This document shows, in pieces, positions 28,800-39,632 of a stretch of DNA of 64,000 nt. Source of the stretch: Verrucomicrobiota bacterium (GTDB lineage: Bacteria; Verrucomicrobiota; Verrucomicrobiia; Opitutales; Seribacteraceae); contig JAQBYT010000002.1 in assembly GCA_027622665.1 (NCBI GenBank), positions 64,001-128,000 on the forward strand, given 5' to 3'. Under the pieces are notes generated by a model. It was not told the origin of the DNA. It did no database searches and saw only the letters and a list, made by a program, of their open reading frames with translations. Each line of letters opens with the position of its first letter. The first letter of the stretch is position 1. Position numbers and translations under genes: made by a program.

Positions 28800-30443
28800 A
28801 TGGATCAATCAGACGATAGTCGAATCCAAGGCAAACTGCTCTCCCTCTGGCATCGGGAGCGGCGGCTTCTACATGTCAAAGGAATTTGTTTGGCAATGCT
28901 TCTGATCGTGGGTTTGGTCCTTTTCGATCTCCTTTTGGACTGGCTTCTCGAACTCCCGGGCTGGATGCGTCTCGCTTTGCTTTGCTTAAACATCGGTTCA
29001 CTTTGTTGGCTCGCTTATCGTCACTGGTGGATGCATTTACGTAGTTTTGATCCGCTTCGGATGTCTCTCGCCGTCGAACGCCTGCATCCTAAGCTTAACA
29101 GTCTGCTGGTGACCTACCTGCAACTTCAGGCATCGGGCAAGGACTCACGGGCCGTATCGCGAGAGCTCATCACTGCTCTGCGTAAGCAGGCTATCGATGC
29201 CGCGGTACCGCTTGATTTTCGCGGAGTCGTCGATTTTCGTCGTTTGAGAAAACCGGCGTTGGCGGCAGTTGCAGTACTCTTGCTGTTTTTGGTCAGTACG
29301 ATTTTCATCGGCCCCTTCTATCGTGTGCTGGCATACCGAATGTCCGACTTTTCTACTGACCTCGGCTATCCTACGCGTACTCATATCGACTCGGTTACCC
29401 CTCGGCATCTTAAGGTTCGCCGAGGTGATCCAATTGAACTGGCGATTCAGGTCGCACTGGATAGCGAAGTTCCTGTCTTGGCTCTTCTTGAAATAAGTCA
29501 CGAGGATGGCCCTTGGGAGACTGTCGACGTAGCCAATGACGGAAAGGGTATCTTCGCCCATCGCCTTAGCCGGTGCACTCGTAGTTTTGTATTTCGTTTT
29601 CGCGCAGGGGACGCCAAGACGAAAGCGTACGCGATCGACGTCGTCCCTCCGCCACAGATCGTCGAATCCCTAGTCACCCTACGTTTTCCCGAATACACCG
29701 GAAAGAGACCGAAGGAAATCTCTTCGCTCAGTTTTGAGGCTCTTGAGGGTTCGACGATTGATTGGGAAATTCGTTGTGACCAATCTTTGGCCGGTGCCCG
29801 GTTTGTTCCTGATGCCGGCGAAGCGCTTGAGATGAAGGTCGACGCCAAGAATTCGCATATTGTTCGCTTGTCCATGCCGGCCAGCAATTCATTGGCCTAT
29901 GCCTTTCGTTGGACGGAGTTCGAGAATGGCTTCGTCTACGAGGAAGATGCTCGTCGCTCGATTCGAGTGACCGAGGACGAGACACCTCTGGTTGAACTTC
30001 TTCCACCGAAACCCTCGGAGAACGCCACGCTCAACAAAAGCCTAACAATCCGTTTCCGAGCTCGCGATGACTTCGGCCTTGTCAATGCCTCCATCGTTTA
30101 TTCGCTAAACGGAAAGCCCGAACTGGAGCATGCTCTGGGAGATCTTAACGGAAGCGTAATTTTGCGCGAGGTCGATTGGAAACCAGTCGACTGGGTCTCT
30201 GGTTTAAAGGAGGGCGACTACTTGACTTACGCAATCACGGTCACCGACAACTACCTCAGTGAAAAAGGACCTAACGTTGGTCGATCAGCGCCGCTCAAGC
30301 TGAGTTTCCTAACACGGGAAGACTACACGAAGACCATTCGGCAGACACGTGACGATCTCTTTAACCGCATTAAGGCAATTCAGGAAGATGAGATCGAGAG
30401 TTCCAGTTCACTGAAAACCTTGAAATCGAAGGCCAAGCAATGA
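28800..30443 (+). CDS. DUF4175-like membrane protein with Ig-like domains
   Basis: Three TMs, VERLHPKLNSLLVT, FRFRAGD, FPEYTG, RARDDFGL, ITVTDN. Confidence 0.72.
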   Translation: MDQSDDSRIQGKLLSLWHRERRLLHVKGICLAMLLIVGLVLFDLLLDWLLELPGWMRLALLCLNIGSLCWLAYRHWWMHLRSFDPLRMSLAVERLHPKLNSLLVTYLQLQASGKDSRAVSRELITALRKQAIDAAVPLDFRGVVDFRRLRKPALAAVAVLLLFLVSTIFIGPFYRVLAYRMSDFSTDLGYPTRTHIDSVTPRHLKVRRGDPIELAIQVALDSEVPVLALLEISHEDGPWETVDVANDGKGIFAHRLSRCTRSFVFRFRAGDAKTKAYAIDVVPPPQIVESLVTLRFPEYTGKRPKEISSLSFEALEGSTIDWEIRCDQSLAGARFVPDAGEALEMKVDAKNSHIVRLSMPASNSLAYAFRWTEFENGFVYEEDARRSIRVTEDETPLVELLPPKPSENATLNKSLTIRFRARDDFGLVNASIVYSLNGKPELEHALGDLNGSVILREVDWKPVDWVSGLKEGDYLTYAITVTDNYLSEKGPNVGRSAPLKLSFLTREDYTKTIRQTRDDLFNRIKAIQEDEIESSSSLKTLKSKAKQ

Positions 30444-32767
30444 ACTTTTCAAAACTGGTTTTGGATTCTTGTTTCGCCTGTTTCCTGAGCGGCCTTTTCT
30501 CGGTCTTGACGTTCAATGACTTGGTCGGTGCCGATCCTGCCTCGTCAGGTGATCAGCCATGGTCCCAGGGTGTCCTGACTGAGGAGCAGCGACAAAACTA
30601 CATTTCCAATCGAGTCGCCAACGTATCATCCGAGTTTTCCGCACTGATAAAGGATCTCCGATCCAACGGATTGCTGGAGGAAAACGGCGGAGAAGAACTA
30701 CAGAACGCAATAGATGTGCTTGGTAAAGTAAAGGATTCCAATATTGAACAAGCTATCATCAGTTTGCGAGAGGCTCGCGAACAGCAGAAATCGGCGCGAT
30801 TGCACATTGCCAAGGCCGATGATGAGGTCGAAATTACGGTAAGTGACCTGACCGATTTATTGCGCCTATCCAATGCTTTGGGTTCAAGCCAGTTCCTTAG
30901 GCAAGAGATTAGACGCTTGCTTAGCCATGAAGAGATTTTGTGGATCGATTGCAAGGCGCTTGGGCGCGCTCAGTTGGAGGGCGCTACAATCAAGCCCGTC
31001 GATCTCGTGGAGGCTGCTACGACCCAGTCCGATTTGGCCGCTCTTGCTGCGAAACTTCGGCCTATGTTTCTCGAGGTAGCTAAGGGAGTCACTGATCTTG
31101 AAGAGCGTTCGCTTATTAAAAAGGCGGGCATACTCTTTGTTGAGGGCCAAGTTGAAATATTGCTTGCGAGTGCTGCGGAGAACATCACTCAGGGCAACCT
31201 TCTCGGTGCAGTAACGCCCCAAAAAGAGGCCATCGACGTGTTGTTGGCTATTGATCGGTTGCTGGGAGAGGGCGAAACCGATGGTATGGGAGATCTATAT
31301 CGGATGATCGCCGCCCTTCAGGAAATTCTTAGGAAACAACGCGATTTGAGAAAGCTTACGGAAACCGCGCCGCAGGCTGAATTTGCCAGTCGCCAGCGAC
31401 AGTGGCAAAGCCTGCAACGAGATCTGCGAAGCGAATTGGCCCGCATCGACACAAAACCGTTTGCCCCTGTAGGTGTTGATGCGGACGCCGGAAGGACTAA
31501 CCCGCTATTAGATGCCGGCGAGGCCATGGAGCAGGCGGAAGACACCCTAGGCGCATCGCAGCAAAAAGCTGCCATTGGACATCAGCTTAATGCGGAAGCC
31601 GAGTTGGAGCGAGCGATAGCGATGCTTCAAAAGAAAATTGATGAAAAGCAAAAGCCGAATTCCGGAAAGGCCGATCCTGTCGAGGCCATGATAAAGTTCG
31701 CTGGTTTACTGAAACAACTCGAAGAAGACCAAAGGGCTTTGCGTAAGGAGACTCAAGGAATGGCTGCCAATAAACAAGAGGTGAATTCCCGGGCTGCGCC
31801 ACAGGACCAACTGATTGAACGAATCATCTTGCTGGGGCAAATGCCTGAGGCGGAACCGGCGACTATTAAGCGAACTCTACGTAAGGCTTATTCTGCCATG
31901 GAAGAAGCCTTATCCGCATTGAAGAAAAATGATTCCGTTGTTGCCGTTCCAGCCCAAATTAGGGCTGAAGAGGCTCTTGCCGAAGCCAGGGCGGCCGCTG
32001 AAGCCGAAGCGAAAAAATTGAAGGAAGAGGCGAAGAAAGATGCCGCATTGGATGCTGTTCAGAAACTAGCCCAGCAACTTCTTGCCGAGCAAAAGAAACT
32101 GGCTGCATTGACAGAGGAGGCGACTCCCGAACAAGTGCCGCAGCAGGCCCCCGAGCAATCCGCTTTGGCTCAGAAGGCTCAGGAAGCTGCCGCACAAGTT
32201 CCCTCTGAGGCCAGTCCCGATCTCGCGAAAGCCTCCGAGGCGATGAAAGCCGCCGCCGAGGCGATGAAGCAGGGAGACAAGGAGCAGGCCAAATCAGAGC
32301 AAGCGAAGGCAGCGGAGGCTCTAAAGAGCGCCGCTCAAAAAGCCGCCAGCGCGAAGAGCAAGAAAAGCAAGAGCGCGAAGAGCAAGCCCGGTGAAAATAA
32401 GGATGAGGGCAAGCGAGGCGGTAAACAGAAGGGCAAAGGGAAGAGCAAAGGCGCCAAGGGAGATGGCAAGGACGGCGACGGCGAGGGCGAAGGAGGAAGT
32501 CCCAAACCAGGGTCGCCGGCTCCTCCGACTCCGCCGAAGCTGGCCCCCGTAAAGCTAACTGGAAAGAACATAGACGCGAAGGGACAGGAACGATATTTCG
32601 CCAAGGCCGAAGCGTCGGGGGACAGATCCGACGATACCACCTCGGACTGGAAGGTGCTCGGCGAACGTGAACAGGATGAAATGACAGAACGCTACATTCA
32701 GAAACTACCCGTCGAGTATCGCGCCTTGCTCAAGGATTACTACCAAGCCATCGCCACGGACGAGTAA
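30440..32767 (+). CDS. Long coiled-coil secreted protein with low-complexity Gly/Lys tail (DUF4175 C-terminal-like)
   Basis: A/E/Q/K-rich helical repeats (Q..A...L..A), GK-rich stretch, terminal W..L...LPVEYRALLKDYYQAI; ATGA overlap. Confidence 0.72.
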   Translation: MNFSKLVLDSCFACFLSGLFSVLTFNDLVGADPASSGDQPWSQGVLTEEQRQNYISNRVANVSSEFSALIKDLRSNGLLEENGGEELQNAIDVLGKVKDSNIEQAIISLREAREQQKSARLHIAKADDEVEITVSDLTDLLRLSNALGSSQFLRQEIRRLLSHEEILWIDCKALGRAQLEGATIKPVDLVEAATTQSDLAALAAKLRPMFLEVAKGVTDLEERSLIKKAGILFVEGQVEILLASAAENITQGNLLGAVTPQKEAIDVLLAIDRLLGEGETDGMGDLYRMIAALQEILRKQRDLRKLTETAPQAEFASRQRQWQSLQRDLRSELARIDTKPFAPVGVDADAGRTNPLLDAGEAMEQAEDTLGASQQKAAIGHQLNAEAELERAIAMLQKKIDEKQKPNSGKADPVEAMIKFAGLLKQLEEDQRALRKETQGMAANKQEVNSRAAPQDQLIERIILLGQMPEAEPATIKRTLRKAYSAMEEALSALKKNDSVVAVPAQIRAEEALAEARAAAEAEAKKLKEEAKKDAALDAVQKLAQQLLAEQKKLAALTEEATPEQVPQQAPEQSALAQKAQEAAAQVPSEASPDLAKASEAMKAAAEAMKQGDKEQAKSEQAKAAEALKSAAQKAASAKSKKSKSAKSKPGENKDEGKRGGKQKGKGKSKGAKGDGKDGDGEGEGGSPKPGSPAPPTPPKLAPVKLTGKNIDAKGQERYFAKAEASGDRSDDTTSDWKVLGEREQDEMTERYIQKLPVEYRALLKDYYQAIATDE

Positions 32768-32801
32768 GTCACGATATCCACGGACTTTTATCAAGAAAAC
32801 C

Positions 32802-33782
32802 ATGACAATTTCCCGTTGTATGATTGGTGTCGCTCTCTTCATCGTCGCAATATTTGGGCAGGAACGTCGTGCCAATGGCGCGGGGGTAGTCTCCGATCTC
32901 ACTCCCGAGGCCGAGAAGGCGATTGAGGCGGGGTTGAAGTATCTCGTGGCAACGCAGAAACCGGACGGCAGCTGGGGGGATGGTAACAAGGTCGCCTATA
33001 CTTCGTTGTCCCTTATGGCCTTCATGGTCAAAGGCGACATGCCGGAGCAGCCGCCGTATGGCGACGCTATGTTCAGAGGGTTGGATTACCTGCTCAACAA
33101 GTCGAAGGATGGCCGTGGTTACATGGGTTCCAGCATGTACGAGCATGGGTTTGCGACGCTGGCATTTTCAGAAGTTTGGGGCTCTACCAGTCGGGGCAAG
33201 CAAGTCCGTGAAGCACTCAAGAAAGCGGTCGATATTATAATTCGCTCTCAAGGTGGCAACGGCGCGTGGAACTACGGTCCAAGCCCAGCAACTCACGGCG
33301 GCGACATATCGGTGAGCGTCGCGCAGTGCGTCGCGCTCGCATCAGCCAAAGAGGCCGGAATATTTGTGCCGACGGAGATCATCGACAAGGCGGTAAAATT
33401 CATAAGTGGGTGTCAGGAAAAGAGCAGCGGCGGGTTCGGATATAAGGGGGCCGGCCTCCCCGGTTACGCGAGGACGGCGGCAGGAGTGACCTCCCTTGTG
33501 CTGTGCGGGCGACGCGATCATCCGGGGATCAAACCCGGTTTGAAGTGGATGCAAGACCACTCGTCTGAAGAAAAGTGGTATGAATACGGTCGATACTATG
33601 CGACGATTGCCATGCTTCAGGCGGGGGACGATTACTATAATACATATTACTCGGAGGTTCGTGAAAAGATAGTGAATTCACAAAAAGGAGACGGTAGTTG
33701 GAATTCATCGGAATGTAGAATTCAGATGAATATTCTGATCCTCGGCGCGCCGTATCGATTTATTCCTATTTATCAAAGATAG
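32802..33782 (+). CDS. Secreted prenyltransferase/squalene-oxidase-repeat (alpha/alpha barrel) protein, copy 1
   Basis: GLKYLVATQKPDGSW, SQGGNGAWNY, CQEKSSGGFGY, SQKGDGSW; ends PYRFIPIYQR. Confidence 0.85.
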   Translation: MTISRCMIGVALFIVAIFGQERRANGAGVVSDLTPEAEKAIEAGLKYLVATQKPDGSWGDGNKVAYTSLSLMAFMVKGDMPEQPPYGDAMFRGLDYLLNKSKDGRGYMGSSMYEHGFATLAFSEVWGSTSRGKQVREALKKAVDIIIRSQGGNGAWNYGPSPATHGGDISVSVAQCVALASAKEAGIFVPTEIIDKAVKFISGCQEKSSGGFGYKGAGLPGYARTAAGVTSLVLCGRRDHPGIKPGLKWMQDHSSEEKWYEYGRYYATIAMLQAGDDYYNTYYSEVREKIVNSQKGDGSWNSSECRIQMNILILGAPYRFIPIYQR

Positions 33783-33787
33783 CTCAC

Positions 33788-36007
33788 ATGTTTGCTTGGC
33801 ATCAAACGATACAAACGGCTTTTTCGGCCTTATTTGTCTTATGCCTCCCTCTTGAAGTATATACCCAAGAGGAAGCGGTCGCACCCCGGTTTGGCCATGA
33901 GTTTCCTCCGATGTTCGCGCTTAAACAGGATTGGCTGGATTTCCACCGCCAGCCATTGCCGATCAAGCCAATTCAAGCACTACTCGATAAAGACGCCGAT
34001 GGCAGTCACGTCGTATCGCAGAGTGACATCAGTCACTCATCAGTATGGATTGCGGTCGATCGCTGGCTCAAGCAGCACCCCGATATCCTTGCTGCTCTGC
34101 GAGCGGCGCAGAATAGAGACGCGCCGGCCAAGTTGTTTGGAGCAAAACGATCGGGTGATCCGGCGCGTTTGATGGCGGTCTGTCGTTCATATCCCTGGGC
34201 TCAGGTTGTCCATGAGTCGCTCATCGAGACTGCTGAGCATTTGCTCCGCGATGGCGACGCGCAACTGGCTTTGCGGTGTTTTGATGACGTACTGAAGCGG
34301 AGCGAAGACACGGCGCTGCACGGGCGTGCTCAAGTCGGTGTATGGCTGGCGATGGCGCACGCGGCTGAATCCATCGGCGATATTGCAGCAATGTTTCGCG
34401 AAGTCGACTCCGCCGCAAAATATCCATGGTTTGGCAAGCAGTTAGCATCCAAAGAGATCCAAGCGAAGCTCACCTCGGGGATGAAACCGGTACCGACATT
34501 CCCGGCGCTGGATGCACTGAGCATCCGTACGATTCAACTTCCTGATGATCCGCCGTGGATGGGTTGGGCCGGGTACTTGAACCCAGTGAATCACGCGTTG
34601 GTCTATCGAAATAAGGTGCGACCCGTCGTTACTGGCCGGGGCACGGTCGTGGCGGGCCCATGCTTGCTGGCTTGGTATGGCGGCGACGCGCTGGACAAAC
34701 CGGCGTGGAGCAAAATCGCCACGATGGATATGCATCACAATCGGGGCGGCGTTCCTCCGAAGCCGCCGTTCGATCCACTGGTGGTCGGCGGGCGAATTAT
34801 CGTCCGTTGTGGCAAAGATCTTGCACCGGCGGATAAGAAGAGGACTAACTTCATCCGGATGAATCATCATGCGGCGCTGAACCTCGATTTCTTGGAGTAC
34901 ATCGACGCCTTCGATCTCCATACGGGGCAGAGGATTTGGTCGACCAAAGACGCCGCGGGTTGGAGGAATTTGTTTCCCGTAAACGCACCGATCTACCACG
35001 ACGGGCGTCTCTACTCGCTCGCGATGCTGAGGAAAGCCGTAAAAATCCATGGTTGGAATGACGGCGGGCAAATCCTGATCGGAGGCAGATCGCCGATTTT
35101 CCTCATCATCTCCGACGCCGAAACGGGCAGTGTCCTGCGACAGCGGGAACTGTTTGCCTATCACGCGAAATTCAAGGCCTACAACCCGTCGCCCGAAAAA
35201 ACCAAAGCCGAGCCGCTACCAGTAAAAAAACTGAACCTTGCGGCGGATGCGAGCCAGCGAGCGCCAGTCGTCCACCACACCCAACTAAGTGTGTATGGCG
35301 ATCGACTGACGATGCAGGACGGTGCCGTTTATGTTTCGACGGGCATGGGCGGTGTCGCTCGCTGCGACGCGCGGGACGGATTGATCGAGTGGGTCAGCAC
35401 CTATCCGCAACTCAGCCTGCACTTGCACGACACCGCGGCCATCTGTCATCGGCACGGGCTGCCACCGCTGGTCAGCGATCGGGTGGTCGTGATCTCGCCT
35501 CGTGACAGCGTGGCCATCTTTGCGCTCGATCGCGAAACCGGCGACACGCTGTGGCAGAAAACGCAGATTGAAGATGTAGCGGACGGGGATCCTCCGACTG
35601 CTAGCGAGAAGCCGGTCGCAACGCCAGAAGACGGGCAATTGCTAGATGGTTCACTGGAAGTATTAGGGCTGTTTGGTGATTCGGCGCTGGTGATGTTCGA
35701 TCGCCAAATCGCCGCGCTCGAGGCGGCGACCGGAAAAGTGCGTTGGACGCGAGAGTTGACCGCCCCAGTCGAACGACCGATCAAGGTTGACGGAACAAGT
35801 ATCTACCTCGCCACCGCCTTTGACCTGTTGATGCTCGACGGGGCGACCGGCAGGACATTGCAGGCACGAGCGCTTGCTCCGCTTCGTGCAGACAGTGGTT
35901 TTGTCTTCGATGACAAGGGGTTGGTCATCGTCAAGCCTGGCAAGCATGGCATAACCGCCTACGTTGACTTTATGACCGGGCAAGATCCGTTCGCGAAACC
36001 GAAGTAA
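33788..36007 (+). CDS. Secreted TPR-like plus PQQ-type beta-propeller repeat protein, copy 1
   Basis: AFDLHTGQRIW, CDARDGLIEW, ALDRETGDTLW, ALEAATGKVRW, LDGATG. Confidence 0.8.
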   Translation: MFAWHQTIQTAFSALFVLCLPLEVYTQEEAVAPRFGHEFPPMFALKQDWLDFHRQPLPIKPIQALLDKDADGSHVVSQSDISHSSVWIAVDRWLKQHPDILAALRAAQNRDAPAKLFGAKRSGDPARLMAVCRSYPWAQVVHESLIETAEHLLRDGDAQLALRCFDDVLKRSEDTALHGRAQVGVWLAMAHAAESIGDIAAMFREVDSAAKYPWFGKQLASKEIQAKLTSGMKPVPTFPALDALSIRTIQLPDDPPWMGWAGYLNPVNHALVYRNKVRPVVTGRGTVVAGPCLLAWYGGDALDKPAWSKIATMDMHHNRGGVPPKPPFDPLVVGGRIIVRCGKDLAPADKKRTNFIRMNHHAALNLDFLEYIDAFDLHTGQRIWSTKDAAGWRNLFPVNAPIYHDGRLYSLAMLRKAVKIHGWNDGGQILIGGRSPIFLIISDAETGSVLRQRELFAYHAKFKAYNPSPEKTKAEPLPVKKLNLAADASQRAPVVHHTQLSVYGDRLTMQDGAVYVSTGMGGVARCDARDGLIEWVSTYPQLSLHLHDTAAICHRHGLPPLVSDRVVVISPRDSVAIFALDRETGDTLWQKTQIEDVADGDPPTASEKPVATPEDGQLLDGSLEVLGLFGDSALVMFDRQIAALEAATGKVRWTRELTAPVERPIKVDGTSIYLATAFDLLMLDGATGRTLQARALAPLRADSGFVFDDKGLVIVKPGKHGITAYVDFMTGQDPFAKPK

Positions 36008-36022
36008 AGTGATTTGAAGATC

Positions 36023-38125
36023 ATGAGAACGATTTTCCCAGCCTTCATCGCCTTCATGTTGTCGACGGGTATTTCGCCGGCGGTACTGGCAGAGGAATCC
36101 TTTGCGGCGCTTCGATTGGAGTTCGATTCGCATTGCATCAAATGTCACGGCAAGGCTGGCAAGGTTAAGGGCAAGGTCGACCTGCTGGCGCTGAAGTCGG
36201 ACAATGACCTTCTGTCGAAACCAGAGCTTCTTGAGAAGCTGCTCACGGTGTTGAAGGATCACGAGATGCCGCCTGAGGACGAGGCTCCACTGCCGGAGGC
36301 CACGCGGATGCAGATGGTTGTGCCGCTCCAGATGATGCTTCGCGAGGCTCTGAAAAACCAGCCGTTCGAGCCCACGCAGATCCGACGAATGAACCGCTTT
36401 CAGTACAACAATGCGGTGGTCGATCTCCTCGAGCTGGACCGCGATATCTTCCGGCTGAACGAGCGGCTCATGCGTCGGCGGGATGATTACTTCCGTCCGG
36501 AAACCAAAAAGATGCCCGATCAGATAAAAGTCTCCAGTCGTCCGCTCAGCAAGGACATCGACAATCAGCGGCCCGAAGGATTCAAAGGCGTTGCGTCGTT
36601 TCCACAGGACAAGCGCTCCGAGCACGGTTTCGACAATCGCGCGGATCACCTGTCACTTTCGCCGCTGTTGATGGAGTCGTTTCTCAAGCTCAGCCAGACC
36701 ATCGTGGAGAGTCCTGACCTCAATCCCAAAGAATGCCGAAGCTGGAAGTGGCTGTTCGCACCGCCAGATCTATCGGCTGTCGGCCCGGCCATTGACACTG
36801 AGAAAACCGCCATGCGCTCTAGGCTCAAGAAACTGCTCCGACGGGGGTTTCGACGCCCGGTCGATCCCGAAACATTCGATCGTTTTGCAAAGTTCGCTGA
36901 AGATCAGCTCGCCTCTGGAGCTTCGTTCGAGCAGATGATGCGCACCATGGTCGGAGCGGTTCTCGGGATGCCGGACTTCCTCTATATCTACGAAACACCA
37001 GACCAAGAGAGTTCAGGCATCAAAGACCAAGGTCGTCAGCGTATCAATGATTTCGAGCTGGCCGCGCGGCTGGCCCAATTTTTCTGGAGCAGTATCCCTG
37101 ATGATGCGTTGCTCGACCTTGCTGAGTCGGGCAAGCTGAGCGCTCCAACGACGCTCAGCGCGCAGATCGACCGGATGTTGAATGATCGGCGGTCGAGTCG
37201 GTTTTGTGACAACTTCCCTGCACAATGGTTGCAGCTGGAGCGACTGATTACGTCGGTTCCGGATCCGAAGAAGTTTGCGTACTTCTATCACGGTGATGGA
37301 TACCGCGCCAGCATGCACATGATGGCGGAGCCGTTGCTCCTGTTCGAGACCTTGTACATCGAGGATCGGTCCGTGATGGAACTGCTGGATCCGAAATTCA
37401 CATGGGAGAGCAACATGCTCCATGCAAACTATGCGGGTAAGGCGGGAGCCCACGACCTTTCGGTGCAGGTTTTCAAGCGCGTTCCATTGACCGACCCGCG
37501 TCGGGGCGGCGTGATTACCAGCGCTGCCGTCATGACTATGACCGCGACTCCGACTCGCACCCAGCCGATCACCCGGGGCGCTTGGGTCAACGCGGTGATC
37601 TTCAACGATCCGCCCGAGCCAGCTCCGGCCGATGTTCCGCCGCTGCCTGAAGCCAGCGAGGAGGAACTGTCAAAACTTACCATTCGCGAGCGCTTGGCCG
37701 TCCACCGCAATCGCGAAGATTGCGCCGGCTGCCACAACAAAATTGATCCCTTTGGCTTTGCCTTGGAAAACTTCGGGCCGACCGGCGTGTGGCGCGATAA
37801 GTACGAGAACGGGCGTAAGGTGGATGTCCGCGGGGTGCTCTTCAATCAGCATGAATTTGAGACGTTTGTTGAGTTTAAGCAGCTGATCTTGGAAGAGAAA
37901 CAACGGTTCATTCGCGGATTCACGGCACACCTCCTGTCCTACGCGCTGGGCAGGGAACTCGGCCAAGCAGATTCGCCCACGCTGGATGACATAACTACGG
38001 AGGCGATGGCAGGTGGGGATCAGATGCGAGCCGTGCTCAAAAATATCGCGATGAGTGAGCCGTTTCTTCACAAGAACACCCTCACGCGGGCTACACTTGA
38101 GAAGAAAGTACACCCCGGAAATTGA
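36023..38125 (+). CDS. Cytochrome c / DUF1587-DUF1595-DUF1592-DUF1588-DUF1585 protein
   Basis: CIKCH, IRRMNRFQYNNAV, GFDN, FELAARL.FFWSSIPD, RGGVIT..PITRGAWV, CAGCH..IDPFGFALENF, LLSYALGR. Confidence 0.92.
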   Translation: MRTIFPAFIAFMLSTGISPAVLAEESFAALRLEFDSHCIKCHGKAGKVKGKVDLLALKSDNDLLSKPELLEKLLTVLKDHEMPPEDEAPLPEATRMQMVVPLQMMLREALKNQPFEPTQIRRMNRFQYNNAVVDLLELDRDIFRLNERLMRRRDDYFRPETKKMPDQIKVSSRPLSKDIDNQRPEGFKGVASFPQDKRSEHGFDNRADHLSLSPLLMESFLKLSQTIVESPDLNPKECRSWKWLFAPPDLSAVGPAIDTEKTAMRSRLKKLLRRGFRRPVDPETFDRFAKFAEDQLASGASFEQMMRTMVGAVLGMPDFLYIYETPDQESSGIKDQGRQRINDFELAARLAQFFWSSIPDDALLDLAESGKLSAPTTLSAQIDRMLNDRRSSRFCDNFPAQWLQLERLITSVPDPKKFAYFYHGDGYRASMHMMAEPLLLFETLYIEDRSVMELLDPKFTWESNMLHANYAGKAGAHDLSVQVFKRVPLTDPRRGGVITSAAVMTMTATPTRTQPITRGAWVNAVIFNDPPEPAPADVPPLPEASEEELSKLTIRERLAVHRNREDCAGCHNKIDPFGFALENFGPTGVWRDKYENGRKVDVRGVLFNQHEFETFVEFKQLILEEKQRFIRGFTAHLLSYALGRELGQADSPTLDDITTEAMAGGDQMRAVLKNIAMSEPFLHKNTLTRATLEKKVHPGN

Positions 38126-38211
38126 AACTTCGGCGCGCCAGGGAGATTTCACACCTCGGCAAGCTCACCCTTCACATGCTACGCTAAGATGAATCAACCA
38201 AGGACAACAAG

Positions 38212-39582
38212 ATGAGCCACCACCAAGACCGACTCCCCTCTGTTTCACGCCGCAGCTTTCTAACCTGTGCTGGCGGCGCGGCACTCGGTCTGCCGTGGCT
38301 TGAAAGCTTTGCCAGTGCCAAGGATCAAAAAACAGGGGTTCCGGCACAGCGCTTGGCCTTTTTCTACCTGCCCAATGGCATTACGCGTCGTGGCTTCTTC
38401 CCCGGCGAAACCGACCGACCGTTACCGCCGTTCGCGGGCCAGAACAACGTCTGGCGCTTCGAAGGCAAGACCGTCCCGGCGGGCAAGCATCCCCTGACGC
38501 TCACATCGACTTTGGCGCCACTTCACAAGATGCGGAACAAAATCTCGCTGATCACCGGCATGGACCGCACCTTTCAGCACGGTACCGACTCGCATGCGCA
38601 ATGTGCGTCCTGCTTCCTCACCAGTGTTGCGCCGTACGAGGTCAAGGGCTCGGCCTATCCGCTTACCCGTACACTGGACCACATCGCAGCCGACAGCATC
38701 GGGCAGTCGACCCCTTACTCGACACTCGAACTGAGTTGCAACGACCACAAGAACAACATCGAGTCGATCTACTTCGACAACATGTCTTGGTACGGCACCG
38801 GTCACGTAGCGCCGTCCATGAGAGACCCGCGAAAAGTCTACGACCGGTTGTTCGGCACGCAAGCGAACACGCGTTTTCGTAACATCACCGATCTCGCCCT
38901 CGGTAACGCCCGCCAGATGCAAAAACGCTTGAGCCTCGATGACCGGCGAAAATTCGACGAATACCTAGACTCGGTCCGAACCATCGAAACGCGAATGGAC
39001 CGCATCGAAAAAATGAAATCCGACTTGGCTGCCGCAGACGTCAAGCGTCCGGCTGAGCATTTGCCACGCAATGAGTATATCCATCTGATGGGTGACCTGT
39101 TAGTGACTGCGTTGCAGAATGGCCTGACCAACGTAGGCACTCTGATGGTGGGTCCCGAGCGTTGGACGACGGCCACCAACTGGGAGGGCATCCTAGACAA
39201 GCCGTACAGTCATCACGCCATGACCCACGCCATAGGTAAACATATGGAACAACTCCTCAAGCTGGACCGCTTCCACGTCTCTGCGTTCGCGCGGTTACTC
39301 GAGCGGATGGACGGCATCGAGGAAGCCAACGGGACAACGCTGCTCGACAATACTATCTTCACCCTCGGGGCCGGGATGGGCGATGGTAGCACGCATCAGT
39401 ACAACGACTTGCCGCTGGTCGTCGCCGGTGGCGGGGGCGGCACGCTTAAACTGGGTAGCCATATCCACTGTGAGAGAGAGACTCCTCTCGCCAATCTCTG
39501 GTTGACCCAGTTGCATGCGTTGGGCATTGAGCGTGAAAAATATGCTGACAGTACCGGGACGCTCAAAAACATCCTTGCTTAG
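38212..39582 (+). CDS. DUF1552 Tat-exported protein
   Basis: SRRSFL...LGLPWLES, RLAFFYLPNG, HHAMTH, TLLDNT, LPLVVAGG, PLANLWLT. Confidence 0.92.
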   Translation: MSHHQDRLPSVSRRSFLTCAGGAALGLPWLESFASAKDQKTGVPAQRLAFFYLPNGITRRGFFPGETDRPLPPFAGQNNVWRFEGKTVPAGKHPLTLTSTLAPLHKMRNKISLITGMDRTFQHGTDSHAQCASCFLTSVAPYEVKGSAYPLTRTLDHIAADSIGQSTPYSTLELSCNDHKNNIESIYFDNMSWYGTGHVAPSMRDPRKVYDRLFGTQANTRFRNITDLALGNARQMQKRLSLDDRRKFDEYLDSVRTIETRMDRIEKMKSDLAAADVKRPAEHLPRNEYIHLMGDLLVTALQNGLTNVGTLMVGPERWTTATNWEGILDKPYSHHAMTHAIGKHMEQLLKLDRFHVSAFARLLERMDGIEEANGTTLLDNTIFTLGAGMGDGSTHQYNDLPLVVAGGGGGTLKLGSHIHCERETPLANLWLTQLHALGIEREKYADSTGTLKNILA

Positions 39583-39632
39583 AGTTTATGAAACGACTTT
39601 CCACATCCTACTCGAACGCTGCGTCATGCACG

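Noticed and set aside
32100..32540. Repetitive-looking DNA as a tandem repeat or CRISPR array
   Set aside because: Low-complexity Ala/Lys/Gly coding sequence with no fixed repeat-spacer periodicity
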